Shown piece after piece: positions 16,692-26,645 of a stretch of 48,885 bases of DNA. The translations under genes were made by a program, and so were the position numbers. The DNA is from a virus (taxonomy: Duplodnaviria; Caudoviricetes), in IMG/VR virus record IMGVR_UViG_3300002307_000075, positions 1 to 48,885 of that record. One strand, 5' to 3'. The first letter of the stretch is position 1, and the number at the start of each line of letters is the position of its first letter. A model generated the notes under the pieces. The model was not told where the DNA came from, ran no database searches, and was given only the letters and a program-made list of their open reading frames with translations.

Positions 16692-17810
16692 ATGTTAGCG
16701 ATACAAGAATACATACTAAAGAACGGGGTTGAAAAAGCGATACTTGATTTTAAATTAAAAGCAAAATGGTATGAAGACCGTGTGCTTCTAAACTACGACC
16801 AATTAGTATCACCAACACTAATGGCTAATTTGGAAGTACAAGAGTGTCGTGGTCTTATACTTGAAAAAGATACATGGAAGATATTATCTTGTGCTTTTTT
16901 CAAGTTTTTTAATTCAGAAGAGAGTAATGCCCATAAGATAGATTGGGATACAGCACATGTGCTTGAGAAGTTGGATGGTTCTCTCGTAAGTGTGTATTGT
17001 TATAATGACGTGTGGTATACAGCAACGACTGGTACTGCTTTTGGTGAGGGTGAAGTAAATAACAAGCTAGGTACAACCTTCAAGGATTTGTTTTGGTCAA
17101 CACTTACTGAAAAATATAATTTTGATAAGTCCAAATTGAAGAACAACCTATGTTATGTTTTTGAGTTGACAACACCATACAACATCGTGGTTAAACCACA
17201 TGTTGAATCATCAGCATCATTATTGACTGTACGTAACTTGGATACACTTGAAGAAGTATCATTTGAAGAATTAACATCCATTGCTGAACACCTAGGCGTT
17301 CCACGTGTTAAGTCATATAACCTAAACACTAAGAATATTGGTGAATTATTACGTACATTTGATAGCATGGCTTGGCATGATGAAGGTTATATTGTAGTTG
17401 ATGCTAAGTTTAACCGTGTCAAGATAAAGAACCCAACGTATGTAGCTGTACATGGATTAAAAAATAAGACAGCCGATTACAACATAATGGAAATAATAAA
17501 AACTAATGAAATTGAAGAATTTGGTGCCGTTTTCCCAGATAGGAAAGAAGAAATTTTTTCTTTGAAAGAAAATTATGATAACCTTATATTAAAATTAGAG
17601 TCTGTTTGGAAAGAATTGAAAGTATTAAAACCGAAAAACATAACACCAGAAGAAAAGAAGCGTTATGCTAAATCTGTTTTTGAAATAACAGATAAACATG
17701 GTGTTAAATATTTTACTGGATTATATTTTGGTCTTAATGATGGAAAAATACAAACAGTTTTATCCTATATTCAAAATATGGATAATAAAATTTTGTATAA
17801 AATGTTATAG
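16692..17810 (+). CDS. RNA ligase, T4 Rnl1-like
   Basis: ECRGLIL, KFFN, motif I EKLDGS, FEL, EGYIV, RVKIK. Confidence 0.88.
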   Translation: MLAIQEYILKNGVEKAILDFKLKAKWYEDRVLLNYDQLVSPTLMANLEVQECRGLILEKDTWKILSCAFFKFFNSEESNAHKIDWDTAHVLEKLDGSLVSVYCYNDVWYTATTGTAFGEGEVNNKLGTTFKDLFWSTLTEKYNFDKSKLKNNLCYVFELTTPYNIVVKPHVESSASLLTVRNLDTLEEVSFEELTSIAEHLGVPRVKSYNLNTKNIGELLRTFDSMAWHDEGYIVVDAKFNRVKIKNPTYVAVHGLKNKTADYNIMEIIKTNEIEEFGAVFPDRKEEIFSLKENYDNLILKLESVWKELKVLKPKNITPEEKKRYAKSVFEITDKHGVKYFTGLYFGLNDGKIQTVLSYIQNMDNKILYKML

Positions 17811-17905
17811 TATCTTAACAAACGATTTTATCAATGGTGTAAAACCCATTTATCGTTTTAGAGTGAATATATAGTATTGTAAGATTTAAAAACAAAACAA
17901 AATGT

Positions 17906-18229
17906 ATGATAAACGAATTTTTTAGTGCTAACGGACTTTTCATGTCCAGAATGATATCACCTTCTAAAAGTAGGTATAAAAGTGATAATCCTCATAGTGT
18001 ATGTATTTTTAATGCAAATATTATTACCTTTGATGAGGGAAAAGTGTGGTATGGTGATTTAGATTTGACTAAGGATGCCAAAGTGTTAAAGAAAATTGCT
18101 TCTGAGATTGGTAAAACACTATACATATTGAAAGAATCAGATGCTAGGTTTGAAAATGAAGATAAAAGTGGCGTTGAGTTGATTCCGCTAGCGGTGTGGG
18201 ATACAACACAAGACACGCCATTCGCATAA
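17906..18229 (+). CDS. Hypothetical protein
   Basis: 107 aa ORF. Confidence 0.7.
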   Translation: MINEFFSANGLFMSRMISPSKSRYKSDNPHSVCIFNANIITFDEGKVWYGDLDLTKDAKVLKKIASEIGKTLYILKESDARFENEDKSGVELIPLAVWDTTQDTPFA

Positions 18230-18254
18230 TACTACGGACTTTTTATTTAACTAA

Positions 18255-18662
18255 CAACAAACAAACAAAAACAAGATATGCGGCTATATTTCAGCTAACT
18301 TATCGTTATCAACTGGTGAGAAGTTTGTAGATAACAGCTATTTTTCACTTGAGGGTGGAATTAGCTATGATGTAATCGGTGTTGGGTTAAATGTTGGCCG
18401 TGGAAGCTTGCATGGCCTAGGTAGTAAAGAAGATAACATCAATAACTACTACATCGAAGGTAAGGTATTCGCAACCAAGTCAATCCGCAACCTTAGTGGG
18501 GCCATATTCTTCGGATATGGTGGGTATTTGAACACCAGCCATCATTTTATCGAGTACGGCCTAGGTGTTGGGTATTCGATTAAGAAATTCACGTATGGTG
18601 TTAGCTATAGTAACTGGGATAACGGTAACTACATAACACCAAGCATTACATACAACTTTTAA
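18255..18662 (+). pseudogene. 5'-truncated paralog of the beta-barrel gene 14291-14773
   Basis: Homology extends upstream of 18408 to a stop at 18252, with no start codon or signal peptide. Confidence 0.7.
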
Positions 18663-18677
18663 AAAGCATATTTTACG

Positions 18678-19721
18678 ATGAAGAAACATATTTCCTTCCC
18701 TAGTATTGAACAATTCAGAACAGTAATCTCTAACATCAGTCATCAATTCACGTTTGTGGGTTTGAATGATGCTGGTGAAGCGATGTATGACGCTAGCCTA
18801 TCTAAACCAGTACTTACATTCACAGGTACGGTAAAACTACACGGTACGAACGCTGGTGTTTGTTACAATGAAGTTGGTGGCCAATGGGCGCAATCACGTG
18901 AGAACATAATCACACCGCAAGATGACAATGCTGGCTTCGCATTTTTCGTTGAGTCTAACAAAGACATCTTCAACGACCTTATGGCCAAGGTGATGATTAA
19001 GAATGACCTTGATATGCGAGACAATACCATTTCCATCTACGGTGAATGGTGTGGTGGCAACATTCAAAAAGGTGTTGGTATAACCAATCTACCTAAGTCA
19101 TTCTTTATCTTCGGTGTCAAGATTTCACCATTCACGTTTGAGGGTGAAGAAAAACCTCGTCCAGCATACTGGGTCGACCACACCTATTTGAGTGCGCCAG
19201 AGGCCCGTATTTACAATATTTCGGACTATCAAACATACTCAATAGATATCGACTTCAATATGCCGCAATTGGTACAAAACCAACTTGGTGAATTGACACT
19301 TGCTGTTGAAGCTGAGTGTCCAGTCGCTAAAGCGTTTGGTTTCAGCGGTGTTGGTGAGGGTATTGTGTGGGCTTGTGAGTACAAGGGTGTTGTATATCGC
19401 TTTAAAGTAAAGGGAATGTTACATGCTGGTAAATCTAAGGTGAAGGTTCTTGCACCAGTTGATGTTGAAAAGCTGAACTCTATCAAGGACTTTGTGGATT
19501 ACGCTGTGACTGAAAGCCGTTTTAACCAAGGACTTGAAAAGACTTTTTTGAATGGTGAACCAATTGACGTTAAGAAGATGGGTGACCTAATGAAATGGAT
19601 TGTTGGTGACATCATCAAAGAGGAAAGTGACACCATGGCCGCATCAGGTCTTGAACCAAAAGACGTAGGTAAATACGTATCTAATAGGGTTCGAGAAATG
19701 TTCTTCAAATTGAGTGTTTAA
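18678..19721 (+). CDS. RNA ligase, Rnl2-like
   Basis: Motif I VKLHGTN, YGEWCG, EGIVW, FKVK. Confidence 0.82.
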   Translation: MKKHISFPSIEQFRTVISNISHQFTFVGLNDAGEAMYDASLSKPVLTFTGTVKLHGTNAGVCYNEVGGQWAQSRENIITPQDDNAGFAFFVESNKDIFNDLMAKVMIKNDLDMRDNTISIYGEWCGGNIQKGVGITNLPKSFFIFGVKISPFTFEGEEKPRPAYWVDHTYLSAPEARIYNISDYQTYSIDIDFNMPQLVQNQLGELTLAVEAECPVAKAFGFSGVGEGIVWACEYKGVVYRFKVKGMLHAGKSKVKVLAPVDVEKLNSIKDFVDYAVTESRFNQGLEKTFLNGEPIDVKKMGDLMKWIVGDIIKEESDTMAASGLEPKDVGKYVSNRVREMFFKLSV

Positions 19722-20163
19722 GCTTGATTTTTCTAAAAATTAACATATATTGTGTGAACTTGTAAGCCCAGAGCTTAAGGCTTAATTGGAACTTGAAGAA
19801 ATATCTAAGCTTCTAGGTAACGCATGATTACCAAACGAGTATTCACGGTGTAGGTGAAATGATACCTATATTTTCTGAATATTTAGCTACCGACATTAGT
19901 ACTACGATACTTCGTAATTTAGGTAGACTGTAATTAAAATTTGGTGTTTTCAAATTAATTTAGTACCTTTGTCCTGATTTCAATTCCATGACAATGTTAT
20001 CAAACCAACAATTAAAATTTGTTTGAAAGTTAATCATGGGCGGTATCCCGATAGATAATGGATTGAAAACACCAACTAGTTTTCATGCCGAAAAGATATT
20101 AATTAAAAATAACATTGTTTTTGGAAAGGCTTTGGAAGAATGAAAAAATAAAAAAAAGATAAG

Positions 20164-21105
20164 ATGAATGTATTATCATTATTTGATGGAATGAGTTGTG
20201 GACAAATAGCATTAAATAAAATTGGGATTAAACCTAATAAATATTATGCGAGTGAAATTGAAAAATCATCAATAAACGTAACCATGAAAAACTATCCTGA
20301 CACAATACAGTTGGGTGATGTTAAAAATATAAATAAAAATGATTTACCAGTTGATATTGATTTGTTAATTGGTGGCTCGCCTTGTCAATCTTTTTCTTTT
20401 GCTGGAAGACAAAAAGGTATGATAACCAACAACGAGGTTGAGATTTTAAACCTTGAACAGTATTTGAGATTAAAGGAAGAAGGTTTTGAATTTGATGGTC
20501 AATCATATTTATTTTGGGAATATATGAGAATTTATAATTTGGTTAGACCAAAATATTTTCTTCTCGAAAATGTGGTTATGCCTAAAAAATGGGAGATTGT
20601 ATTGTCAAAGGCTATTGGTGTTGAACCTGTGAGAATTAATTCTAATCTTGTTTCTGCGCAAAATAGAGATAGATTGTATTGGTCTAATATTCCTAATATA
20701 ACAATACCACAAGATAAAGGAATTATCTTGAATGACATCATATATGATGACAGTTATAAGATTTTTACGGACCAAAGAATTACTGACACAAAAAAACTGA
20801 CTAAAAACTATGTAAAATGGGATTTAAGCGGTAAACAATATTGGTCTCAACAAGATAGAGCTTATTTTAAAGAAAAAAAGATTTGTACATTACCCAAAGC
20901 AAACCCTAATAATAAACTAAATATTGTCATTGATTATGACAACGACATTTATCGAAGAATACATCCAATTGAAGCAGAAAGATGTCAAACAGTTCCAGAT
21001 AATTATACCTTAGCCGAAGGGGTAAGTGAAACAAAACGTTTAGAAATGCTTGGAAACGGTTGGACAGTTGATGTTATAGCACATATTTTTAAAAACTTAA
21101 GATAA
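20164..21105 (+). CDS. DNA (cytosine-5) methyltransferase
   Basis: SLFDG, GGSPCQ, LENV, QNRDR, LGNGW motifs. Confidence 0.93.
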   Translation: MNVLSLFDGMSCGQIALNKIGIKPNKYYASEIEKSSINVTMKNYPDTIQLGDVKNINKNDLPVDIDLLIGGSPCQSFSFAGRQKGMITNNEVEILNLEQYLRLKEEGFEFDGQSYLFWEYMRIYNLVRPKYFLLENVVMPKKWEIVLSKAIGVEPVRINSNLVSAQNRDRLYWSNIPNITIPQDKGIILNDIIYDDSYKIFTDQRITDTKKLTKNYVKWDLSGKQYWSQQDRAYFKEKKICTLPKANPNNKLNIVIDYDNDIYRRIHPIEAERCQTVPDNYTLAEGVSETKRLEMLGNGWTVDVIAHIFKNLR

Positions 21106-21190
21106 ACAATTTTTAAGTTCATAAAAATAAAACTATAGGTGAAATTAACGTGGAAAAGTAACAAGTATTAGTTTGGTTAAACAAATTAGC

Positions 21191-21733
21191 ATGACACAAT
21201 TAAGATTTATTGAATCAACAGATATTGGCTATGCTGGTAGGACGTTTGAAAATGCATCGGCTGATGCGACAATAGCCATAGCGATTGATTTTAGTACTGC
21301 TGGTGAGAAGTTAACGAAGAAGTCAGTGTTGGCCCAAGGCAAAGCATATATTCCAATTGATGGTCACGATTTGACATTAACACCAGAAAGGATAGCTAAG
21401 CTAGTTGAACGATTAAACAGAGCCAAGGCCAAAACCATCAATATTGCTGGAAATGGCTTATACACATTGAATAAAAAGTACACACAGAGTCAAGTGGATG
21501 CCTTCACATATTCCTTGTTAAAAGGTGTGATAGAATCACCTGACTTAGCGGTACAACCTAGCCTAATCAGAAGTGGTGGGCAAACAGGTATTGATGAGGC
21601 GGGAATAAAGGCAGCGATAAGATTAAACATACCAGCACTGGTATTGGCACCTAAGAAATGGTTATTTAGAACCGCTAATGGTGTGGATATAGCAAACGAG
21701 GGTATGTTCAAGATAAGATTCATTGAAGAATAA
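21191..21733 (+). CDS. SLOG-family protein (circularly permuted, putative molybdenum-carrier-like)
   Basis: RT..N...ADAT, INIAGN, SGGQTGID. Confidence 0.7.
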   Translation: MTQLRFIESTDIGYAGRTFENASADATIAIAIDFSTAGEKLTKKSVLAQGKAYIPIDGHDLTLTPERIAKLVERLNRAKAKTINIAGNGLYTLNKKYTQSQVDAFTYSLLKGVIESPDLAVQPSLIRSGGQTGIDEAGIKAAIRLNIPALVLAPKKWLFRTANGVDIANEGMFKIRFIEE

Positions 21734-21745
21734 AAACTAGAGTTA

Positions 21746-22072
21746 ATGTTAGCCACTAAATCAAGTAATACAGTAAATAATACAGACCGTTTTATTAGAG
21801 CTGGAATCCTACGATTTTTTGAATTGACAAATAAACGAATTTTTTGGTTTTATCATGGTGAGGTTAAAATTAGAATTAAAAAATCTGATATAATTAATAA
21901 TTTAGATATCACCCCAGAATCTATTTCAATTAACTTTGGACAAGGTGATATAAACCAATATCTGAATTACCAACAACACCTTATTAAGATATTAAAAGTT
22001 TGGTGTTACATTTGCAAAATAAATTACTATCGAGACATTTTTATTTTCTTGAATGAAAAACATAAAAATTAG
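21746..22072 (+). CDS. Hypothetical protein
   Basis: 108 aa ORF. Confidence 0.45.
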   Translation: MLATKSSNTVNNTDRFIRAGILRFFELTNKRIFWFYHGEVKIRIKKSDIINNLDITPESISINFGQGDINQYLNYQQHLIKILKVWCYICKINYYRDIFIFLNEKHKN

Positions 22073-22080
22073 GATTAACC

Positions 22081-23097
22081 ATGGGTGGATTAGCCTTAAA
22101 ATCAGTATACACACGTAGATACGAAAGAGCTGAATTTGACGTAATTAGCGTTGAGTTGATGGATATCTTGAAGCTGGCATTTAAGCGTGTTACAATGCCT
22201 CTATTCTATAAGAATAAGAAGTCATTTGGTGATGCCGATATCCTAGTATCAATGGAAGGCTTCACTGGTGATGTGCGTGAGTATATCACAACTACATTTG
22301 GACCAAATGAAATCTTTCATAACGGTAACTGCTGGTCATTTGACTATAAGGAACTCCAAGTTGATATCATCACGGTATCAGCGGAAGATTTCGACACCAA
22401 TGAGATGTACCTATCATACAATGACCTAGGAAACTTCATTGGCCGCATCGCACAAGGCTTCGGTCTTAAGTATGGCCAAGAAGGTCTGTGGTATGAGCAT
22501 TACTTTAAGGGTATGAACATTGCCAAAATACCGATTTCAAAAAACTATCGTGACATCTACGCATTCCTTGGTCTATTGTATGAAAGGTGGGAAGCTGGGT
22601 TTGACGAACTTGAAGACATCTTCGAATACATCTCAACCTGTAAGTATTTCAATTGGGAAATGTTTCAGATGGATAAGCTGAACAAGATTAACAGGGACCG
22701 TAACGCTAAGCGTAAATCTTACACATCATTCCTTAAATGGATGGATGAAAATGTTGCTGATGATGACCATAAGTATCAGTTTGATAAGACACAAGCTGTG
22801 TACAATGACATGATAGCTGATGCTTTTCCATACGCTAATCTGGACCTAAAGATACGTGAGGTTGAATATGAATACTGCCGTACTCTACTGGTTAAGGCCA
22901 AGTTCAATGGTGGTGATGTTATGCGTAAGTATGGTCTTCAAGGCAAGGACTTAGGTGTCGCTATGAACGGCTTCAAGTCTATTGTTGGGTCATTGTTTCC
23001 AAATGAAACATATGATGACTACATCATAAACAACACGGTTGAAGATATCTATGCTGATTTTGACGTTTTTTTAGAAGCAGTTCCAAAAACCAACTAA
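22081..23097 (+). CDS. Pol-beta-superfamily nucleotidyltransferase
   Basis: SFGDADILV and QVDII motifs. Confidence 0.65.
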   Translation: MGGLALKSVYTRRYERAEFDVISVELMDILKLAFKRVTMPLFYKNKKSFGDADILVSMEGFTGDVREYITTTFGPNEIFHNGNCWSFDYKELQVDIITVSAEDFDTNEMYLSYNDLGNFIGRIAQGFGLKYGQEGLWYEHYFKGMNIAKIPISKNYRDIYAFLGLLYERWEAGFDELEDIFEYISTCKYFNWEMFQMDKLNKINRDRNAKRKSYTSFLKWMDENVADDDHKYQFDKTQAVYNDMIADAFPYANLDLKIREVEYEYCRTLLVKAKFNGGDVMRKYGLQGKDLGVAMNGFKSIVGSLFPNETYDDYIINNTVEDIYADFDVFLEAVPKTN

Positions 23098-23099
23098 AG

Positions 23100-24275
23100 A
23101 TGAAAACACTAATACTGGGTGGTGGTACTTATCAGCCAATAGCAAATCATTTGGCCCTATGCGCACCAGCTTTTGGTACAACAGCCAAAAAGCTATCAGA
23201 AAAAATACAGGGGTCGGAGTTGGTTTTAACGAGGATGGCAGACCCAACCTCTAAGCTCATTACCAACGAAGATGTTGATAGCTTTTTGACCGAAAAGCTC
23301 AAAGATACTGAATTATCAGCAATAATATTGAGCGTTGCATTTTGTGATTTCAAGGTTGATGGTGGTGATTTCCACGGCACTAGGTATAAGACCGATAACG
23401 GTAATATAACGCTAGAGTTAACGCCTACCGAGAAAATCATAAAGAAGATAAGGATACAACGTCCAGATATCTTCTTGGTTGGTTTCAAGACTACAACCAA
23501 TGAGACCGTTGACAACCAATTCTTATTGGGGCTTAAGATGATGAAGTCAACCAAGTGTAATCTAGTGTTGGCCAATGATACCGTTACACGGAAGAACATC
23601 ATCATAACACCAGAAGAAACGTACTACGGTGAAACAACCAACAGGGATGACATTCAGAACGAACTGGTTGATATATTTACATCCAGACTGAACGCTACAT
23701 ACAACAGAAGCATTCTTGTTGCGGATAAGAACCAATCGATAACAGACTTATCACCAGCGTTTCAAACGGTAGTTAAATTCTTGATTGATAATGGCGGGTT
23801 TTTGGAAAACAACGGTAATGGCTTCACGCCAGGTCACTTCTGTCAAAGGATAAGTGAGAATGCTTTTGTTTCATCACAAAGAAAGGCCAATCACAATTTG
23901 GTATTTAGTGAAGGTATGTCGCTGGTGGAAGTCAAGGATGATATCTTTACCGTCAAGGGAACACGTAAGGCATCTGTCGGTGCTAGAAGCCAATGGTTAT
24001 TATTGAATGCCAATAAAGACTTCGATTGTATAGTACATACGCATAACCCAGCTAAGACTGACCATGTGTTACCAATCACACCGCAGAAACCATTTCAATG
24101 TGGTAGCCTTGAGTGTGGGTTAAATACGCTTAATCATCTTGGTGATTTTGGTGACATAAAAGCGGTATATTTGGAAAAACACGGGGCCAATATCCTATTC
24201 AAATCAACCTGTGACCCAGAAAGCGTTATCGCTTTCATTAAAAGCAACCTTGAACTTGGCATCAAGGTAAAATAA
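23100..24275 (+). CDS. CoaB-like domain fused to a class II aldolase/adducin-like domain
   Basis: ILGGGT, AFCDF, FLVGFK, LVLAND (CoaB-like); IVHTH and HG (aldolase II-like). Confidence 0.65.
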   Translation: MKTLILGGGTYQPIANHLALCAPAFGTTAKKLSEKIQGSELVLTRMADPTSKLITNEDVDSFLTEKLKDTELSAIILSVAFCDFKVDGGDFHGTRYKTDNGNITLELTPTEKIIKKIRIQRPDIFLVGFKTTTNETVDNQFLLGLKMMKSTKCNLVLANDTVTRKNIIITPEETYYGETTNRDDIQNELVDIFTSRLNATYNRSILVADKNQSITDLSPAFQTVVKFLIDNGGFLENNGNGFTPGHFCQRISENAFVSSQRKANHNLVFSEGMSLVEVKDDIFTVKGTRKASVGARSQWLLLNANKDFDCIVHTHNPAKTDHVLPITPQKPFQCGSLECGLNTLNHLGDFGDIKAVYLEKHGANILFKSTCDPESVIAFIKSNLELGIKVK

Positions 24276-24321
24276 CAAGACTACCGCTGGTGGTAACATC
24301 AGCAACTAATACATTTGACTA

Positions 24322-24834
24322 GTGAAGAAAATTAGAATCCAAGACCAACCTAAAAACTGTATAAGAACAAACTCTGGCCTATACATCAACGTGTTTAACA
24401 CAAAGCCAGAAATGATATGCATCGAAGATATTGCACATTCATTGGCAACACTTCCAAGGTTTGGTGGCCACTTGAACCGACACTACTCAGTAGCGCAACA
24501 CTCAGTGTTATGTGCCAGAAGAGCAAGGTCAAAAGAGGACAAACGAGCGGCATTACTACATGATGCTAGTGAAGCGTTCATGTTAGATATGCCTACACCA
24601 ATCAAAGCAAGGTTGGGCTTGTATAAGCGTTTTGAGCATAAGCTATCGGAAGCAATCCTCAAGAAGTTTGGTGTTGTATATCCATACAGCAAAAACATCA
24701 AGAAGATTGATACTAGGATGCTCCATATTGAGTGGGATAACCTAGCAATCAATGACAACAAGGGATTTGAGTGTTGGACCAAGGCTAGGGGAAAGAGAGA
24801 GTTTTTGAAGATGTATAAGGAACTGTTTACTTAA
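24322..24834 (+). CDS. HD-domain phosphohydrolase (YfbR-like)
   Basis: RFGGH, YSVAQHS, LLHDASEA. Confidence 0.85.
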   Translation: MKKIRIQDQPKNCIRTNSGLYINVFNTKPEMICIEDIAHSLATLPRFGGHLNRHYSVAQHSVLCARRARSKEDKRAALLHDASEAFMLDMPTPIKARLGLYKRFEHKLSEAILKKFGVVYPYSKNIKKIDTRMLHIEWDNLAINDNKGFECWTKARGKREFLKMYKELFT

Positions 24835-25153
24835 AGAATGGGTTGTTCTTTTTCATGAATGTGATTGTTGAATCCAATTCTTCACATATTTGTGTAAAAC
24901 TACCAACCTGTTCACTTGTAAGGTTGAACCATTCGTTGGTAGCATCAGTTCTTTGCTTACTGAACCTAGTATGTAGCCAGCCTTCAAGGTTTTTGAAGTT
25001 TGGTGTTTCATACTCATTAAGCACAGTGATAACGTTAGAGTTACCAGTTTGTAACTCTTTGATTCGAAGTGATACATCTCTTGTTGAGTGACCAATTTTA
25101 AATGTTTCGGCTCCCTGTGAATCAACGCACAGAAGCAAATAGACCTTACCCAT
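24827..25153 (-). CDS. GIY-YIG T5orf172/MUG113-family protein
   Basis: VYLL...FKIG...RIKELQTGN...LE..LH...EWF. Confidence 0.8.
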   Translation of the reverse strand: MGKVYLLLCVDSQGAETFKIGHSTRDVSLRIKELQTGNSNVITVLNEYETPNFKNLEGWLHTRFSKQRTDATNEWFNLTSEQVGSFTQICEELDSTITFMKKNNPFFK

Positions 25154-25218
25154 AGTTACAAGTCTAAGCAAAAAAATTCATTAGGTCAAGTTATTTCAAA
25201 CTTTTTTTCACAAAAGAC

Positions 25219-25474
25219 TTGACAATGTGAAAAATATTTAGTACCTTTGTATTATAATTTACGATTAGTGATGTCTTTTTATTAAAATCGACATATTTAT
25301 TTGAAAACGGGGAAACCCACAAGAAAAACGACAATGAGAACAACTTCTTTACAAACACTTCTTTTATCATGCTTGCTACTAGTGGTAGACAAGATGGGTA
25401 ATGTTTGTTAAGAACTTGTAAAAGATAACTTAAAGAACAGAAGCCCATCCCTTAAAAGATGGGCTTTTTGTTTT
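25219..25474 (+). promoter_or_regulatory. Attenuator-like leader 2 of the Cys/Val/Leu tRNA array
   Basis: Promoter 25219-25249, TATTTAT 25294, GGG-GAAA-CCC, leader ORF, GATGGGT 25393-25399 complementary to GCCCATC 25443-25449, terminator 25441-25474. Confidence 0.85.
25334..25411 (+). CDS. Leader peptide 2 MRTTSLQTLLLSCLLLVVDKMGNVC
   Basis: 25 codons read directly from the sequence. Confidence 0.8.
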   Translation: MRTTSLQTLLLSCLLLVVDKMGNVC

Positions 25475-25482
25475 GATAAAAT

Positions 25483-25568
25483 GCTGATGTGGTGTGAGTG
25501 GTTTAAACCAACGGTCTGCAAAACCGTTTCTCGCAAGAGAGTCGCTGGTTCGAATCCAGCCATCAGCT
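25483..25568 (+). tRNA. tRNA-Cys(GCA) with long variable arm
   Basis: GCTGATG/CATCAGC, U73, ACGGT-CTGCAAA-ACCGT, arm TCTC-GCAA-GAGA. Confidence 0.85.
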
Positions 25569-25580
25569 CCCGATTAAAAA

Positions 25581-25925
25581 GTGAGTGTTATGACAACAGA
25601 AATGAGAAAAAGGTTCTTTGAGGACAGGGATGACACAGGTAGATTTACCGTCAAGTCATTTGTAACAGGTGTTGAGTATTTTGTTGAGCCAATAGGTGAT
25701 GGCAGAATGGCTGATTGGGGTTCATATAACCCATCAACTGGTAATATTGAGAATAAGAAAGGTGCTGGGAAGTACGCTGGTAGTGTAACTGAAAAAGAGA
25801 GCATTGTAACCGAAGCGAATGGGTTCAAGAACATCATTCATACTGAGGTTGGTGTATCACCACTGGAAACCATTGAACAGATGGATAGGGTGCATGAATT
25901 AAACGGAGTAAGACCAAAGAAATAA
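25581..25925 (+). CDS. Hypothetical protein
   Basis: 114 aa ORF inside the tRNA array. Confidence 0.7.
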   Translation: MSVMTTEMRKRFFEDRDDTGRFTVKSFVTGVEYFVEPIGDGRMADWGSYNPSTGNIENKKGAGKYAGSVTEKESIVTEANGFKNIIHTEVGVSPLETIEQMDRVHELNGVRPKK

Positions 25926-25928
25926 GGT

Positions 25929-26243
25929 ATGTTGAACAAGATAGAAATACAGAAAGAACTATTGAAGACCAAGGTGATGGCCAGTATCAGTCATTATCAA
26001 AGTGGCAAGTTGTACTATAAGGTTGCGGTAGCTGGTGGTGTATATCAGTTTCCAATTGAACTGACAGAAGCTGGGCCAACAGTCAATACAGATGAAAGTG
26101 GTTTATCAATGTATGATGTTGAAACAGTTGTTTTATCATCAGATTTAGGTAGCACGATTTTCAACCCTGAGATAAGAGGTTCTGAGTTGTTCAGATGGAT
26201 TAAGAAAGCTATCGATGCTGACGATTTTATGTTAGCTGGATAA
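25929..26243 (+). CDS. Hypothetical protein
   Basis: 104 aa ORF. Confidence 0.7.
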   Translation: MLNKIEIQKELLKTKVMASISHYQSGKLYYKVAVAGGVYQFPIELTEAGPTVNTDESGLSMYDVETVVLSSDLGSTIFNPEIRGSELFRWIKKAIDADDFMLAG

Positions 26244-26248
26244 TAGAT

Positions 26249-26321
26249 TGAAGCGTAGCTTAGCGGCAAAAGCACTGTCTTTACACGGCAGCTATCGTGG
26301 GTTCGAGTCCCACCGCTTCAA
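26249..26321 (+). tRNA. tRNA-Val(TAC)
   Basis: Canonical cloverleaf, loop TTTACAC. Confidence 0.9.
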
Positions 26322-26333
26322 CAAGATTAATAT

Positions 26334-26408
26334 TGGACTTTAGCTCAGAGGAAGAGCGTTTCTATGACATGGAAAAGGTCGGGATTTCGAAATTCCCAAG
26401 TCCAACCA
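26334..26408 (+). tRNA. tRNA-Val(GAC)
   Basis: TGGACTT/AAGTCCA, loop ATGACAT, encoded CCA. Confidence 0.85.
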
Positions 26409-26427
26409 ACATGATAGCAATATCATG

Positions 26428-26555
26428 TGTCACATAGCTCAAGGGAAAAACACTTTCGGCAAAACGAGACGTATCTGCTTAGGTAGGTGCTAGAAGGTGC
26501 AGAGCAGCCCCATTATACAGGGGGTTGGTTCTTGGTTCGAATCCAAGTGTGACAA
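26428..26555 (+). tRNA. tRNA with ~55-nt structured insertion in the D-loop; anticodon ambiguous (TAT or TAC)
   Basis: TGTCACA/TGTGACA, D-stem GCTC/GAGC separated by the insert, perfect T-arm. Confidence 0.65.
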
Positions 26556-26560
26556 CTAAT

Positions 26561-26631
26561 GGCCCGTATTCACAATGGATGTGTGCTTGGTTTACATCCA
26601 AGTTTAGATGGTTCGATTCCGTCACTGGCTA
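26561..26631 (+). tRNA. tRNA-Val(TAC)
   Basis: CTTGG-TTTACAT-CCAAG, T-arm intact. Confidence 0.75.
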
Positions 26632-26645
26632 CTGAAAAGTAACGA

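Noticed and set aside
19745-20140. Structured RNA or gene between the ligase and the methyltransferase
   Set aside because: Only short broken frames and weak hairpins; probably decayed coding DNA
24322-24834. DatZ of a Z-genome pathway
   Set aside because: No purZ or mazZ in the window; generic HD hydrolase is all that can be supported
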